Assembly (NCBI RefSeq): GCF_009914755.1
Contig: NC_060926.1
DNA length: 64,000 bases
Reading direction: 5' to 3' (one strand)
DNA from: the human T2T-CHM13v2.0 reference genome, Homo sapiens
Shown: positions 49,056 through 64,000 of the stretch, piece after piece
Layout of the letters: every line of letters starts with the position of its first letter
Numbering within the stretch: position 1 is the first letter of the stretch
Translations under genes and position numbers: made by a program
Notes under the pieces: model-generated
Seen by the model: the letters and a program-made list of their open reading frames with translations, nothing else
Told to the model about the DNA's origin: nothing
The model's database searches: none

Positions 49056-50848
49056 ACGAGAACGCAGGTTTCTAATTCCTGTAGTAGAGTACATTTCCTC
49101 CCCCAGAATAGTAATACAATGCCCTTTCTTTCACTCCTGCGGTGAAAATGACAATGATCTTACCAAATGCATTCAAACTGGAGTCAGCCTAAGAGGTGAA
49201 AAGAAAGTATCTACAAGTACTCTGTCTACAATTCTGCTCTGAACAATGTCACCCTTTGTGGAAAGAAATAGGAAACTGCAGAAAAGCTGAGCAGAATAAG
49301 AGAGGAAAAATGAACATCACCTTCTCACTTTCAACACCAAACCACTTATGGGTGGTCTTATAAATGTTGTCATACCAGTGGCATAGGCTTTTGTCAACTC
49401 ATCTTAAAATAGCTGTCCATAAAAATAGTAGACAAAATACAGCACAAATATTTTGGTACGTCCACTGGGCTAGTAAGTATCATACCCATTCATGTACAAA
49501 GATATAAAGGACAGCAATAGCGCTTTTCTCACAAATGCTTGGGTTGCAATGCTAGTCAGAACTACGGTAATACCTCTGATGTATCATACTTTGAGTTTCA
49601 ACTTACTTTTACACAATCACATCTGACGCTCAAAACAGCCTTGTGAAATCAATAGGGCAGGTATTATTAGCCCCATTTTGCAGATAGGAAACTATTTTTA
49701 GGAAAGTAGGACAAGGTTTATTACCATCCTCATTTTATGAATGAGGAGACTTATTTTACATGAGCAACGTGCTATAAATAGCAACAGGAGAGAGCTTAAA
49801 CCTGTAGCTGGTACATGAAATTTGGGGAACTATTTAAAACTGGAAACTAAGAGAACAGAGTATGCAGCTGGGATACTCACGAAAATGACAGGTTTATTGC
49901 TGCTTTTTATTTATTGCATTCCATAAACTGCTTTTAGGCAGATCAGAACCTGCACTTCCAAGCCCTGGTATGATAGAGAATGATTGACAGGGCTCTGCCT
50001 TGCACAACTTCAGGGGACAGCATTCAGATGAAGTGATGCCATCCCCAGAGCATTTGTTACTCAAGTGGAGCCTTGACCCTAAATCAGAGATGCTATATAG
50101 ATGTCTCAGACACGAATCAGGAAAATCTCTAGACCCATCACAAACTGCACCTCCTCCATGAAATTTCCGATAACTTTTCCTGTCCTAACAGAGTCCATTG
50201 TATGCATCATATATTTTGGTATTCAAGTATATTCCATTTTAACTAAAATTTATCTTTTATATTATTCCTCAATGTTTCATCTTTATTTGACTTGTAGTAC
50301 AAGTTTTATCTTCTTCAAAAGATTCTAACTCTTTGAGGGCAAAAACCATGCTATTTTCCATTTCTTTATGCTTCAAACTTTCTTCTGCATAACGGTAAGT
50401 ACAGTAGTCAGTAATTCAGTTGAATTCATCAATTTGCCCTCAACAATTTAGTCATTTGATATCATAAGTACAGTAAAAGAATATAAGTAAATCTAGAAAT
50501 ATGTCAATTATTCCATGAATAATATTTGCCTTTGAATTTACTAATTTATTTATACTTCATTTGTATAGCTTTCTCGTGTTTAGATTACTGCCTTAAATCT
50601 TTGTGCCCTTATTGGTGAACCATATGGACAAACAAATTTGAATTCTCTTTACTAATGCTATTAAGTTTCAAGAGCCAACTGCTGGTAGAACAATTACCTA
50701 GTCATTCAAAGGTATATCTGAATTGCATTTTCTAAGTAAGGAGATGTACATCGCTTATAATTCCAAATAGCTTATCTAAAAGCCATGACTTTAAGGAAAA
50801 GTCTAAATTAATTTAAAACAAATAACTCTTTTTAAAAAGTGTATCAGC

Positions 50849-51665
50849 GGCCAGGTGCTGTGACCACCTGAGGTCAGGAGTTTGAGACCAGCCTGACCAA
50901 CATGGTGAAACCCTATCTTTATTAAATACAAAATTAGCTGGGCATGGTGGTGGGTGCCTGTAGTCTCAGCTACTCCTTGGGAGGCTGAGACAGGAGAATT
51001 GCTTGAACCTGGGAACTGGAGACTCCGTCTCAAAAAACAACAACAAGAAAAATGTATCAGCTGGGCACAGTGGTTCATGCCTGTAATCCAGGCATTTTGG
51101 GAGGCCAAGGCAGGCGGTTAGCTTGAGTCCAGAGTTCAAGACCAATCTAGGCAACATGGTGAAGACCTGTCTACAAAAAATTAGCCTGGTGCCATGGCAC
51201 ATGCCTGTAGTGACAGCTACTCAGGAGGCTGAAGTGGGAGGATTGCTTGAGTCCAAGAGGTCAAGGCCGCAATGAGCCATGATCATGCCACTGCACTCCA
51301 GCCTGGGCGACAGAGTGAGACCCCATCTAAAAAAACAAAGAGAGGCCGGGTGCGGTGGCTCACGCCTATAATCCCAGCACTTTGGGAGGCCGAGGTGGGC
51401 AGATCACTTGAGGTCAGGAGTTCAAGACCAGCCTGGCCGAGATGGTGAAACCCCGTCTCTACTAAAAATACAACAACAAAAAAAATTAGCCGGGCATGGT
51501 GGTGGGTGCCTGTAATCCCAGCTACTTGGGAGGCTGAGGCAGAGAATTGCTTGAACCCAGGAGGCGGAGGTTGCAGTGAGCCAAGATCGTGCCAGTCCAC
51601 TCCCGCCTGGGCAACAGAGCGAGACTCCGTCTCAAAAAAAAAAACCAAATAGAAAAACAAAACAA
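50849..51665 (+). mobile_element. Cluster of three Alus (deleted AluS, AluJ, AluS)
   Basis: 50849-51050, 51060-51340, 51344-51665. Confidence 0.92.
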
Positions 51666-51669
51666 AAAG

Positions 51670-52375
51670 TGTATCAGTGAGAGGTTGACTTTAGCTGCAT
51701 CTATTATAAATTTGATGTCACTGGTAATCCTAACCAAACAAGGTTTTAGTGTTTTCACATAACAAGATGTCTAGAGGCAGACAGGGTAGCCAACTTTAGG
51801 AAATAGAAAGCAGTGAACCCAGTTAAATTTGAATTTCAGATAAACAACAAATAATTTTTTAGTGTAAGTATGTTGCACATACAAGTTTAACTGGGCAACA
51901 TGCATTTTATCTGGCAATCCTAGGAGCAGGCATGGCTGGTGCAGTTGTTCAAGGATGTCTGCAGACTTCTTTCATTCTATCCTACTGTCCTTTCTTTGTG
52001 ATTTTACCCTCATGGTTGTAAGATGGATGCTCCACCTCCACATATCAAATTTGTGTTTTAGGTGGGATGAATGGCAAAAGAAAAATGGGAAGGACAATAG
52101 AAGTAAGCCAGGTTTTCTGACCCCAGAAAATAAAAGATTCTCTGGAGCTCTCTTTGAATCAGGAAAACAGTACCTTCTCTGGAAACTCCATGCAATAGAC
52201 ATCCACTTACATTTTATCTGCTGGAACTGGGTTGCATGGCCACTACTAGCTGCAAAGGCGACCAGGGAGGTAAATATTTTTAATTGGGTACTCTGCCAAT
52301 CTGAACAAATTGAGTTTTCATTAGGAAGAAGGAAGAGAAGAGTAGATGAGGGTAGGCAACTTCCAATATCTACAA
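51670..52375 (-). mobile_element. Old MLT1 LTR with MER53 insertion
   Basis: tgtatcagt...cacataacaagatgtctagaggcag...catggccactactagctgcaaagg. Confidence 0.6.
51782..51922. mobile_element. MER53-like MITE, centrally deleted
   Basis: cccagttaaatttgaatttcagataaacaac...tttaactggg...ttttatctggcaatccta. Confidence 0.75.
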
Positions 52376-52597
52376 TGAAAGATGAATGTCATTTTCAATG
52401 TCCAGTTTCTAATGTTGTGTTCTTATATTTTGTAGTTTATATACACATATATGCATTGTGAATTTTGGAAGATGAAAGACACCCCAAAGGTAGAATTTCC
52501 CATTTTTAGTCTTAACTACCTTAGGACCCTCTAACTTTCTAAGAAATTATTGCCCACAGTTTTAAGGATAGTCTTGACTCTAGAAAATTTGTGGGAG

Positions 52598-53009
<412 letters not shown>

Positions 53010-53416
53010 TCAAAGGCTATTGCTAGGAAGATGTGTCTGTTGCCTGGAAGATCCATAATAACTATGTTACTTTGCTGAAGTCTTCAAAGGAAATTCATCT
53101 AAAAAATATCGATTAATGATTCCAACTCCACGGTCAAAAATTCTTAGACTTGATAAACTGAAGTCCTCTTATCCTACACAATTTTACGATGAGACTTTGT
53201 CCCTGATCTAAAAGTATCATGTGTATGATTTTCTTATCAAGAGACAATTAACTAACACCAGACACCAGCACCTCTCTCAACCTCTTTAAACAATTAGCAT
53301 CAAATTATGTCTTTTCTTTTGGAAATTAAAAAGGAAATCACTAACAAATGCTACCCAATTACCAATTACAAGATTTTGTTTTTCCTATTTGATAGTGGGC
53401 TTACAAATACTAGTGG

Positions 53417-53461
53417 GTTGTTGTTGTTGTTGTTGTTGTTGTTGTCGTTGTTGTTGTTGTT
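53417..53461. repeat. (TTG)n microsatellite
   Basis: Directly visible, one TCG interruption. Confidence 0.95.
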
Positions 53462-54475
53462 TTTCCTGGCTATACCATCAGGAGTCTGACAATTTTGATG
53501 GAACATTTTCCATCAGCAACGAAAGTATTGGTTCACCTAATTTGACACTATCAAAAGCAGTATCATGTGATGACCTTAGTTTTGTTTTTCTGTACAGATA
53601 GAGAGCTATATGTAAAACAAGCATGCAATTTGTGCCATGAGCAATATATTACCATTATTATTACTATATAGATAAATTCTCAAAGAAAAATAGAAATTTC
53701 TTTTTACTAAGCTTTTGTTCATTTTGTTTTGTTTTTACAACTTGGCTGCCTGTCTGCCTTTATTAAGATAATACTTATTCAATATCTAGTTAAAATAAAA
53801 GATTTATGTCTAACTGAATAAGCAGCATAATTATTTTGTCAGAGAGTCATGAAAATGAACATCTTCTTAATTTTTTGGAATGGTATAGTTTTTACAAGGT
53901 ATCATTCAGATAAGGTCAGACCAAATAGAAGTTTTGCTCATTGGATTAAAAATAGATCAGCTCAGTGACTCAGCATGTAGCTTATTGCAGTTGCCTACTG
54001 AGAACATCCTAATTCTTCCTTGTACTACATTACAGTGGAGTACTCATGTGGCTTTATGGGGATTAGCTTATTTAGCTATTAGAAATAAGATCGCAGTATA
54101 TCTAGGACATTTTGTGAGACACGACACTGAGTATTATGGGTCAAATTCTGGTTAAGTATACATAGGCGTATATTCAACCTATCTATTTAAATTCCTTTTA
54201 CTAAGAGTGTTATGGGTAACATTCTGGTTAAATATAAGCAAGCACATAGTCAAAATAATAATTTAAGTTTCTTTTAATAAATTTACAGTAATATTATGGC
54301 TAAATTAAAAGTGAAAGGTGGAATCAGGTTACAGAGAGAACTTGACTGTGCTCTGATTTCTAGAGCAATGCCTGCTTTATTATTTCATGAAACTTCCTAC
54401 CTGATTCTGCTGCTGTGTGGGAAACTTTGGTAGGGGAAGGGGGCTTTAATACCTCTCTTTTGTTTTAAATACCAC

Positions 54476-55022
54476 TGAAGGGAATCAGAATATGCCACCT
54501 CAATATGCCACTTTGGCATAAGGACTACTTGAGCTCAACACAATTGAGAAATAGCAGAAACAGGAGAAGCTCTTTGCCTTTCCCCTATCTGCCTAAAAGC
54601 AGGGCATTAAATTTTCATTTGTAAAAGTGTCCCACTCTCCCATATAAGGGAGAGGAGAATGACTCCAGAGACAACTCTTATCACCAGGGACAACTTGAAT
54701 CTGCCTAACAAACCTTACTAAACAACCCTTATCTACCACACATTTCCTAGTCACCTTCCCACAGTTTACCTCTCTATAACCCAAATGCCCTTTTTCTTTG
54801 TCTAGTCACTTGTCCACAGTTTATTGCCCTTTGTTAAAATGGTATATAAGCCCCCAGGTCTAATCACCTGTTTGGGTTTTCACTTCTTTGCTGTGAATCC
54901 CCTTGCACATAAAATAAAATTTGTAGGCCTTTTCTACTGTTAATCTGCTTTTGTCAGTTTAATTTGCATATTCCAAGTAAGGAACCCAAGAGTTCAGAGG
55001 AAAAGTTTTTTCTACTTCTATA
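54476..55022 (+). mobile_element. ERV1 solo LTR (MER39-like)
   Basis: tgaagggaatcagaatatgccacc...atatgccactttggcataagg; TATATAA at about 54843; aataaa at about 54913. Confidence 0.75.
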
Positions 55023-55183
55023 TCCACATTCAGGCAGTGACCAGGAAAAGTTATCTCTAGTCCCAATCAGATAATCTTATGCACAAATGGAAGTTCTCCT
55101 AAAAGGAGATAGGAGGAATAGAAGACCCATCCTCCCTCCAAAATATCTCCCTCCAAATTATTGGCTATCAATAGAGAAACACT

Positions 55184-55607
<424 letters not shown>

Positions 55608-56320
55608 CTATGTTACATGCCAAAGATAAAAAAATGACGCTTCCTTGAGCTCCTGATTTATCAGATCCCTGAGTAAATAGACAGGTAAGTTGTGATGTGA
55701 GGGGGAAAAAAAGTATGAATATGAGAAGTAGGAGAATGCAGGTCTTGCATAGCCCTAAAGTGGAGCATCACCTTGAGTCAGCCAGGATAGCAGGCCTAGA
55801 AGGAGCAGTTTGAGGGCTCTAGAGGCTTTGAAGAGAGGCATAAAATCAACATGGGGTTCTGAGAGGGGCAGAAAATGAGCTTCATTCTCACAAAATTTGG
55901 CCTTGAGCTAACTTTGGAAATATCATCTGGTTTAGTCCATCCTCTCTTAGGTTAGGCCTTCAACAAAACAGAGGTAACTAAACCTATCTTTGGCAGGCAG
56001 TCTATATTCCTTTAATATGGCTATTTTTCCTCCAGAATTGAATTTACTGTAATTTCCTCCCACTCCCTGTGGCGTGGAGACCTTTCTTCTCTGCTAATAT
56101 TATTAATTGATAGCAAGAAGTTATGGAACACTTAATTGATAAGGACTTAAAGTGAGTTCCTTGCTAGTAATATTTGCATTTTAACTCTTCAAAGGAGACC
56201 CCTAAAACTGCAATCTAAAATCAGACTATAAGGTTAACTTATAAGGTTATTCTTATTCACTATCTCAAGTCTCTGTCCTAGGTCATAGCCCCCTAAAGTT
56301 TCATTGAAAAATAACAGACA

Positions 56321-57305
56321 TATTAAGTAGGTAGTTAGGCAGAGAGGAGTAGGGCAGTAGAGAGCCTCCCTGACCCCCTACCCAGGAATGTCAGGTGACC
56401 ATCAGGTGATGGTCAGGTGGTTGTTAAGCTGTCTCTCTGAAATAATAATTGGTTGCAGCCAGTCCCAGGGAAAGGCAGTCTCCCAATAGATAGAAAATAC
56501 CTGACACTGGTGATCAGCAACTTCCCGATAAGATCTCAGGAGCTGGGCAAATGGGCTCAAGCATGCGCACTGAGGCAAAATGGTGGAGTTTAACTACTGT
56601 ATGACATTCCTCTAGGAACACTTGACCGGTAAGGAAAAAATGCCTCAAATGAGCATGCACGCAATTTCAGTAAACACACTGCACATGCAGACAGCCCACC
56701 CCAAGGGAAGAATAAGGGACAAAGAGATGTAAGACCGCGGAAGCATGCCAATGTATAAAACCCAAGTCAGAGGTCAAAAAGTGGCCAGGTGCAGTGGTTC
56801 ATGCCTGTAATCCCAGCACTTTGGGAGGCCAAGGCAAGTGAATCACTTGAGGTCAGGAGTTTGAGACCAGCCTGGCCAACATGGTGAAACCCTATCTCTA
56901 CCAAAAATACAAAAATTAACCACACGTGGTGGCAGGCACCTGTAATCCCAGCTGCTCAGGAAGCTAAGGCAGGAGAATCACTTGAACCCAGGAGCTAAAG
57001 GTTGCAGTGAGCCGAGATGGTGCCACTGCAGTCCAGCCTGGGCAACAGAGCAAGACTCCATCTCAAAAAAAAAAAAAAAAAATCAAACAGCTCAGCTGAA
57101 TCTCTCAAGTCACCTGCTTGGCCCTCTTCCAAGTGTGCTTAACTCCTTTTGTTCCTGCTCTAAAACTTTTTAATAAACTTTCACTCCTGCTCTAAAACTT
57201 GCCTCAGTCTCTCACTTTGCGTTATGCCCCTTGGACGAATTATTTCTTCTGAGGAGGCAAGAATTGAGGTTGCTGCAGACCTGTATGGATTTGCCACTGC
57301 CAACA
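56321..57305 (+). mobile_element. MER50-like LTR with Alu (56783-57082)
   Basis: agtaggtagttaggcag...gtcaggtgaccatcaggtgatggtcagg...aattgaggttgctgcagac. Confidence 0.8.
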
Positions 57306-57531
57306 ACATGAGGCAGACTGATTAACAGGAGAAAAAGCACACAAATTTATTTAACATGTATATACATACATAGAAACCTTCCCAGTGAAGACCCAACCTG
57401 CTAATGAGGTACAGAAGCTCATATACCATCTTCAAGTTACAGAAAGAATGTGGACTCAGAGTGTGGCCAAAAACAGATTTTAGTGGCAAGATAGGTAATG
57501 GGAGGGTGAAAGGAAGAGGCTTGGCTAGTAA

Positions 57532-57860
<329 letters not shown>

Positions 57861-57925
57861 AAGTTGGTCTTGTTATAAAGATGAAGGCTCCTAGGTAGCA
57901 GCCCTCAGAGACAATAGATGGTAAA

Positions 57926-57960
<35 letters not shown>

Positions 57961-58244
57961 CAGATTTTGAAAGGTGTCAGATTCTCAGTTAATCTCTCCT
58001 AGATCTGGGAAAGGCCTAGAAAGGAGGGCCTGGATGAATAATGGAGACTTTCTAGAGATGCAAATTTTCCCAGTGAAAAATAGTTTCAGAGGGCTACCTT
58101 AGTTGGATGGCTTGGCAGCAGCCATTTCAAAATATATTTGGGGGGAAAATATTTTTATTTCCTTCAGCCTCCTAATTTTACTTCTTTCATTATATATCAG
58201 TTAGCTTTGTAAATGACTTAAACTAACAAACAAAACAAAACAAA

Positions 58245-58512
58245 CAGACAGGACCTTGCTCTGTCACCCAGGCTGGAGTGCAGTGGTGTGATCATACCTC
58301 ACTGCAGCCTCGAACTCCTGAACTCAAATGATCCTCCTCTCTCAGCCCTGCAAATACAGGCAAGCACCACCATGCTTGGCTAATTTTTTTTGTTTTTATT
58401 GTTTGTAGAGGTGGTATCTCCCTCTGTTCCAGGCTAGTCTTGAACTTCTGGCCTCAAGCAATCCTCCTGCCTCAGCCTCCCAAAGTGCTGGGATTACAGG
58501 TGTGAGCTACAG
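58245..58512 (-). mobile_element. AluJ
   Basis: Diverged antisense dimer. Confidence 0.88.
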
Positions 58513-58515
58513 CTG

Positions 58516-59034
58516 TGTAGGGGAGAAAAAATAATTTTCTTTCTACCTTTCATAATTATTAACAGGGAGTCCCTATAACAAAAGACAGATTACCAAGAGA
58601 AAATCAAACAGAAGTTTATTAACATGCATGCCTCATGGATACATGGTGGGAGCCAGGGGCAGAATGCAGCACAAACCCCAAGAAATTAATAAATCTTCAG
58701 AGTGGATCTCAAAGAAAGTTTAAACTTCAGGCTTAAATATTACCTTTTTCTGAAACAAAGAAAGAAGGGAAAAATGAGATGGCCAGGAAAAGTACATTAA
58801 ACAAAGGTAGTATTTATTATGCAGATTTAAATCCATGCCTTCTCCATTGTTCAAGAGTCTCTCATGATTTAGTCACCCTTTTCTTCCTGGTGCAGAGGAG
58901 ACAGTCTTACAAATGGAGATTTCCTTTACAAATGTAAATTTCTCTTACAAAAGGATAACTATGTCTATAGTTTCTCAAAATAATCAATATGCTAAAGAGA
59001 CATATTTTGGGGTGGCATATTCTGGTCTTCTACA
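58516..59034 (-). mobile_element. ERV1 solo LTR (MER34-like)
   Basis: Minus-strand start tgtagaagaccagaatatgccaccccaaaatatg. Confidence 0.75.
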
Positions 59035-59546
59035 TTTGTTGGGCTGTAGTGTCCTGAGCCACATGAGTTGAGTATAAAAAAAAATAGTTGAGTAGGTAAT
59101 TTTCTAAACTGTATTTAAAGGTTTATCTATCTAACTTGCCTGGGAACTACTGCTAAGGTAGACTTAAATATATTCTCTGCTCACAAATTCTTTGGGACAG
59201 AATTGCTCATAACTTCCAAAAGGCAGACTCATGTGTTGTCTTTGGGCCCCAGACCATTTCTCTTGCCTGACTCTGCTCTGGTTGTCAATGGATTGAACTC
59301 CAACAACTTCACATTTTGCTCCTACGTTCTTGGAGCTGAAAGCTGTAATCATTTCATAAGATTTTCTACGTCCTTCTTCTTGGCAAAGGAATTACAAGTT
59401 TATATAAATAGAGTTTATATCAGTCCAAGAAAATGACTTGCAAAAATTTACAAAGCAACATAAAATTAGACATAAATAAATACAGGGAAAAAATAGTGTA
59501 TGATGCAAGTCTGAGAATATTGACTGATCTTTCATGCTAGATGAAA

Positions 59547-60450
59547 TGTAAGGGCAAATGCAAAATTTCCTTCGGTAGAAAAATAAGGGAAGAGTATTTT
59601 CTCTCACTTCTTCCTTTTCTTTTGGAGTTTATTTCTCTGTCCTTGTCAAAAGTATGTAAATTATTTTAATGGCTAAATAAGCCACTGGCCAGTCTCACAA
59701 CTCAGGAATGTTTCCTCAAGGAGTTGGGAGTCATCGCTTTGAAATGTTATCATTTAAGAAGATAACGCACCACCTGATGCCACTCCCATCTTTTAGTTTT
59801 GTGGGAAATGATGGACCTGCCTACATTGTCACCTGATTCCAAATTGCAAAACCTATCTAACAGTTTGCATGGATTGGGCTATGGTTCGAATGTTTCCTCC
59901 AAAACTCATGTTGAAACTTAATAGCCATTGTGACAGTATTAAGATGAGAGACCTTTAAGAGGTGGTTGGATCATGTGGGCTCTGCCTTCCTTCGTTAGTG
60001 GATCGATGCGTTATTGCAGGAGTGTGTTCCTAATGAAAGGATAAAGTTTGGCTCCCATTCCCTCTCTGTCTCTCGTGCTTGCTTGCCCTTCTACCTTCCC
60101 TGGTGAGATAACGCAGCACAAAGGCCCTTGCCAGATCCCAGTACCATGTTCTTGGGTTTTCTGGCCTCCAGAACTGTGAGAAAGAAATGTCTTTACTTTC
60201 CAATTATCCAGTCTCTGATATTCTATTACTGCAGCAGAGAACAGACTAAGAGAGTTTGTATCCACTTAGCTATAAAAAGAGTCAAATTCCTTTCTAACTT
60301 TGCAAACCCTTTAGCAGGTTTCCTGTATTGTGCATCACATTCTGGTTTAATGCTTTTTCGATAATAAAATCATTGTCTTTCTCTTCTACCTTTACGGAGA
60401 GGTTTTCTGGGTTGGGAGAAGACTTTGTTTTTAATTATATTTCTCTCAAC
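59547..60450 (+). mobile_element. ERV1 LTR with nested MaLR LTR
   Basis: TG...CA, caggaatgtttcctcaagg...ctttgaaatgt, aataaa at about 60363. Confidence 0.6.
59877..60252 (+). mobile_element. MaLR LTR (MST-type)
   Basis: gctatggttcgaatgtttcctccaaaactcatgttgaaac...gcagcagagaacagactaaga. Confidence 0.85.
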
Positions 60451-60554
60451 ACAGGATGAGCTGAGCTTTTCTGGCAGCTGTGATATTGATGCCAGGTAGT
60501 TTCAATCATGACATTAATCCTCTCTGTTTTCTCTAAGTAATAGAGAATAATTGC

Positions 60555-60840
60555 AGCATGGTGGTCAAGAATGTGGACTCTGGAATGAAAACCCTTGCCT
60601 TCAAATTCTCGCTGTGATTCACCAACAATGTAACTGTGTGCCAATCAATTAGATGTTACGCTGAACTGTCCCCAGTCTAAATTTTCTCATCAGCTCTTCT
60701 TAGCCGCAGTTTTCTCATCTCTAAAATGCTGAATTATGAATAGTGCTCACTCTGTAGGGTTGTAAAAATTGGGTGAAACAGCATATGCTTGGTACAGTGC
60801 CTGGCATACAGTAAGCACTCAAAAACATGTTAGCTGTTAT
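60555..60840 (+). mobile_element. MIR
   Basis: cagttttctcatctctaaaatg...acagtgcctggcatacagtaagcactca. Confidence 0.85.
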
Positions 60841-61260
60841 TTAAATTCTGACAAAGGAATTCATATTAATTATTGCTGTATAACTAGATTATTCTCAAAA
60901 TGACATTTTTATTCTTAAGAAAGTGTTTACAATTCATTTTATTTTTAAATTTTAATTTTTAACACTGAGCGCTAGTGTTATAAAAAGGAGTAATTGTTTC
61001 ATCTAAGTAACAAATCTCTCACAGAGATCTAATTAAAAATAGAAACAAGTTTTTATAGTTTTTCCCCTTCCTTTGTACTTTATTCTTAAAACAGGTCTTT
61101 TTTAAACCCCAGGTTCTAGGGGTAACTATTAACAGTTTGATGTGCATCCTTCTAGACATATAAGTCCAGTTCCCCACTCCACCTGGATCATACTACACAT
61201 AGCAATTTGCTTTAAAGACCTAGCAATATATCATTGATATAGTTCCATGTGAGATGATAT

Positions 61261-62122
<862 letters not shown>

Positions 62123-62960
62123 ATATAGATAAATTTCATTCTTTATGGCTATGTGGTATCCAATAAGACAAATGTACTTTGATTTACTTAACCATTCAAT
62201 ATTAACAGATATTAAGGTTATTTCCAATCTTCAGCTATTTTAAACCATGCTACTGTATGTCCTTGGAGGAGCATTTCCTTATTTTAGTTTCCAAGGCCGA
62301 GCATTTGAAACCATCTGTCAAATTACACACCCATAAATTGTGTACGAACAGAGTAGTTTCCCTTATCGCCATTGCTCGATCTTATTTATTTTCATTGTTG
62401 CCAATTGGAAAAACCAATAGTATCTCCTAATTTTTTAAATTTTCATTTCTTTGATTATTCATGATTTAGAATTTTTTGTATTTTTTGGTCACTTGTTCTT
62501 ATTCTGTGAAATGCCTATTTGTATCATTTGCTTTCTCTCGCTTATGATTTGTCTATTTCTTAATGATTTGTAGGATTCTCTTTTTTTTTTTTTTTTTTTT
62601 TTTGGAGACAGAGTCTCATTCTGTCGCCCAGGCTAGAGTGCAGTGTCTCTATCTCGGCTCACTGCAACCGCCACCTCCTGGGTTCAAGCGATTCTCCTGC
62701 CTCAGCCTCCTGAGTAGCTGGGATTACAGGTGCCCGCTACCAGGCCTGGCTATTTTTTTTTTTTTTTTTTTTTTTTGTATTTTTAGTAGAGACGGGGTTT
62801 CACCATGTTGGCCAGGCTGGTCTCAAAATCCTGACCTCAGGTGATCCGCCCGCCTTCGCCTCCCAAAGTGTTGGGATTACAGGTGTGAGCCACGGTGCCT
62901 GGCCTGTAGGATTCTTTATATAGAACATCATTAATGTGTTATCTGCCCTTTAGCTCTGTT
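62123..62960 (-). mobile_element. L1M fragment (also about 61000-61260) with AluS 62581-62903
   Basis: ggttatttccaatctt...tctgtgaaatgcctattt antisense L1 motifs. Confidence 0.65.
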
Positions 62961-63264
62961 TCTGGAACTGCTGTTTGCCTGACTTTGGATCAGTGCTCAC
63001 CCCTATAACTTTGCAACCTACTTCTGGTCTTCACTTTTCCTTGCCCTCAACTCAGTTTTCCCAACTCTCCCCTCTTGGACCTATTTGGGGCACTCCTTGT
63101 GAATTCCCAGTCTTGATCTTACCCTTGTATTTTTCTCACTGAGAACTGTGAAGAGGGAAAGAGTGGGATTACAGAAGGTAGAGATGAAAGTACCAGGAAG
63201 GTGGTGAAGGTAGAGATTTGTAATATCTATACCATTGCTCATGTGACTTCCTTTTTTTATGTGC

Positions 63265-63510
63265 TTCAAAGATGGCACTTTGTTGTGGTGTCCTCACATG
63301 GCAGAAGAGACGAACACTGTGCCCTCATATGATGGAATGGGCAAGAAAGCTTTCTCAAGCCTCTTTTATAAGGGCACTAAATCTAGTTTATGAGGGGAAA
63401 CCCTCATGACTTAATCACTTCCCAAAAGCCCCATATCCTATTACTATCACATTGAGTATTAGGTTCCAACATATGAATATTGAGGGGACACCAACATTTA
63501 GACTGTAGCA
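63265..63510 (-). mobile_element. MaLR LTR fragment (MLT1A-like)
   Basis: gtgtcctcacatggcagaag...ttttataagggcactaa...aggggacaccaacatttagac. Confidence 0.8.
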
Positions 63511-63709
63511 GACTCCTTCCTGGAGGCACAGCCTAGAATCTGCATACAATCCCTTCCAATATTTTTGCAAGCACTTAATTCCTTAGATTATGTTCCATTT
63601 CATGTATTACCATTTACTAGTAAAGTCACCTCAATTATCTGCAAAGTAAGTCCTGATTAATTCATCCCAATTAATTCATAAAACATAGTAAGAATTTTGG
63701 ATTTTATTT

Positions 63710-64000
63710 AGTGAAAGGATGGAAGCTTCTCTGAGGAAGCAATGCTTGAGCTGATTTCTAAAAGATATATATATGTTAATTAGTGAAATGAAAGGGGGAG
63801 AATATTCCTGGCAGAGGACTTAGTGTAGACACTGTTGTTTAGGAGGGAACTTGGAGAGAGAAAAAATGGCTGTAAGAAGCCTGTGTGGCTGGAGCATAGA
63901 GAGTGAAAGGGAGGGAGGCACCAAATGAGGATGGACAATAGGAAGAATGGGAAAGTAATAAGGGAGGAGGTAATAATTTGATCAGATTTGCATTTTGAAA
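63710..64000 (-). mobile_element. L2 fragment
   Basis: gcttctctgaggaag...tgtggctggagcatagagagtga. Confidence 0.65.

Noticed and set aside
51955-52461. 168-aa ORF
   Set aside because: Lies mostly within an old MLT1 LTR
56227-56249. TATAAGGTTA direct repeat with a small hairpin
   Set aside because: Too short and AT-rich to be significant

Overview
Primate (human-like) genomic DNA with no intact protein-coding gene that I can support. It is very repeat-dense: about 60 Alu copies or fragments (roughly a quarter of the window), many ERV1/MaLR/ERVL solo LTRs (clustered at 54-63 kb, several nested), MIR/L2/L1M relics, small DNA-transposon MITEs and a Charlie1-type hAT element with a recognisable transposase remnant. 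Most ORFs in the supplied track are Alu- or microsatellite-derived or chance ORFs. The main unique feature is a CpG-rich promoter-like element at about 10.1-10.9 kb with a palindromic TATA core, GC boxes, CCAAT boxes and a CRE next to a FOXO-type site. The most intriguing, still speculative, signal is a set of minus-strand AG...GT-bounded unique segments (25-26.7 kb; also 53 and 59 kb) whose phases join in frame, possibly a decayed multi-exon gene. Repeat family names come from recalled consensus motifs and repeat boundaries are approximate; no searches were run and I cannot name the locus.
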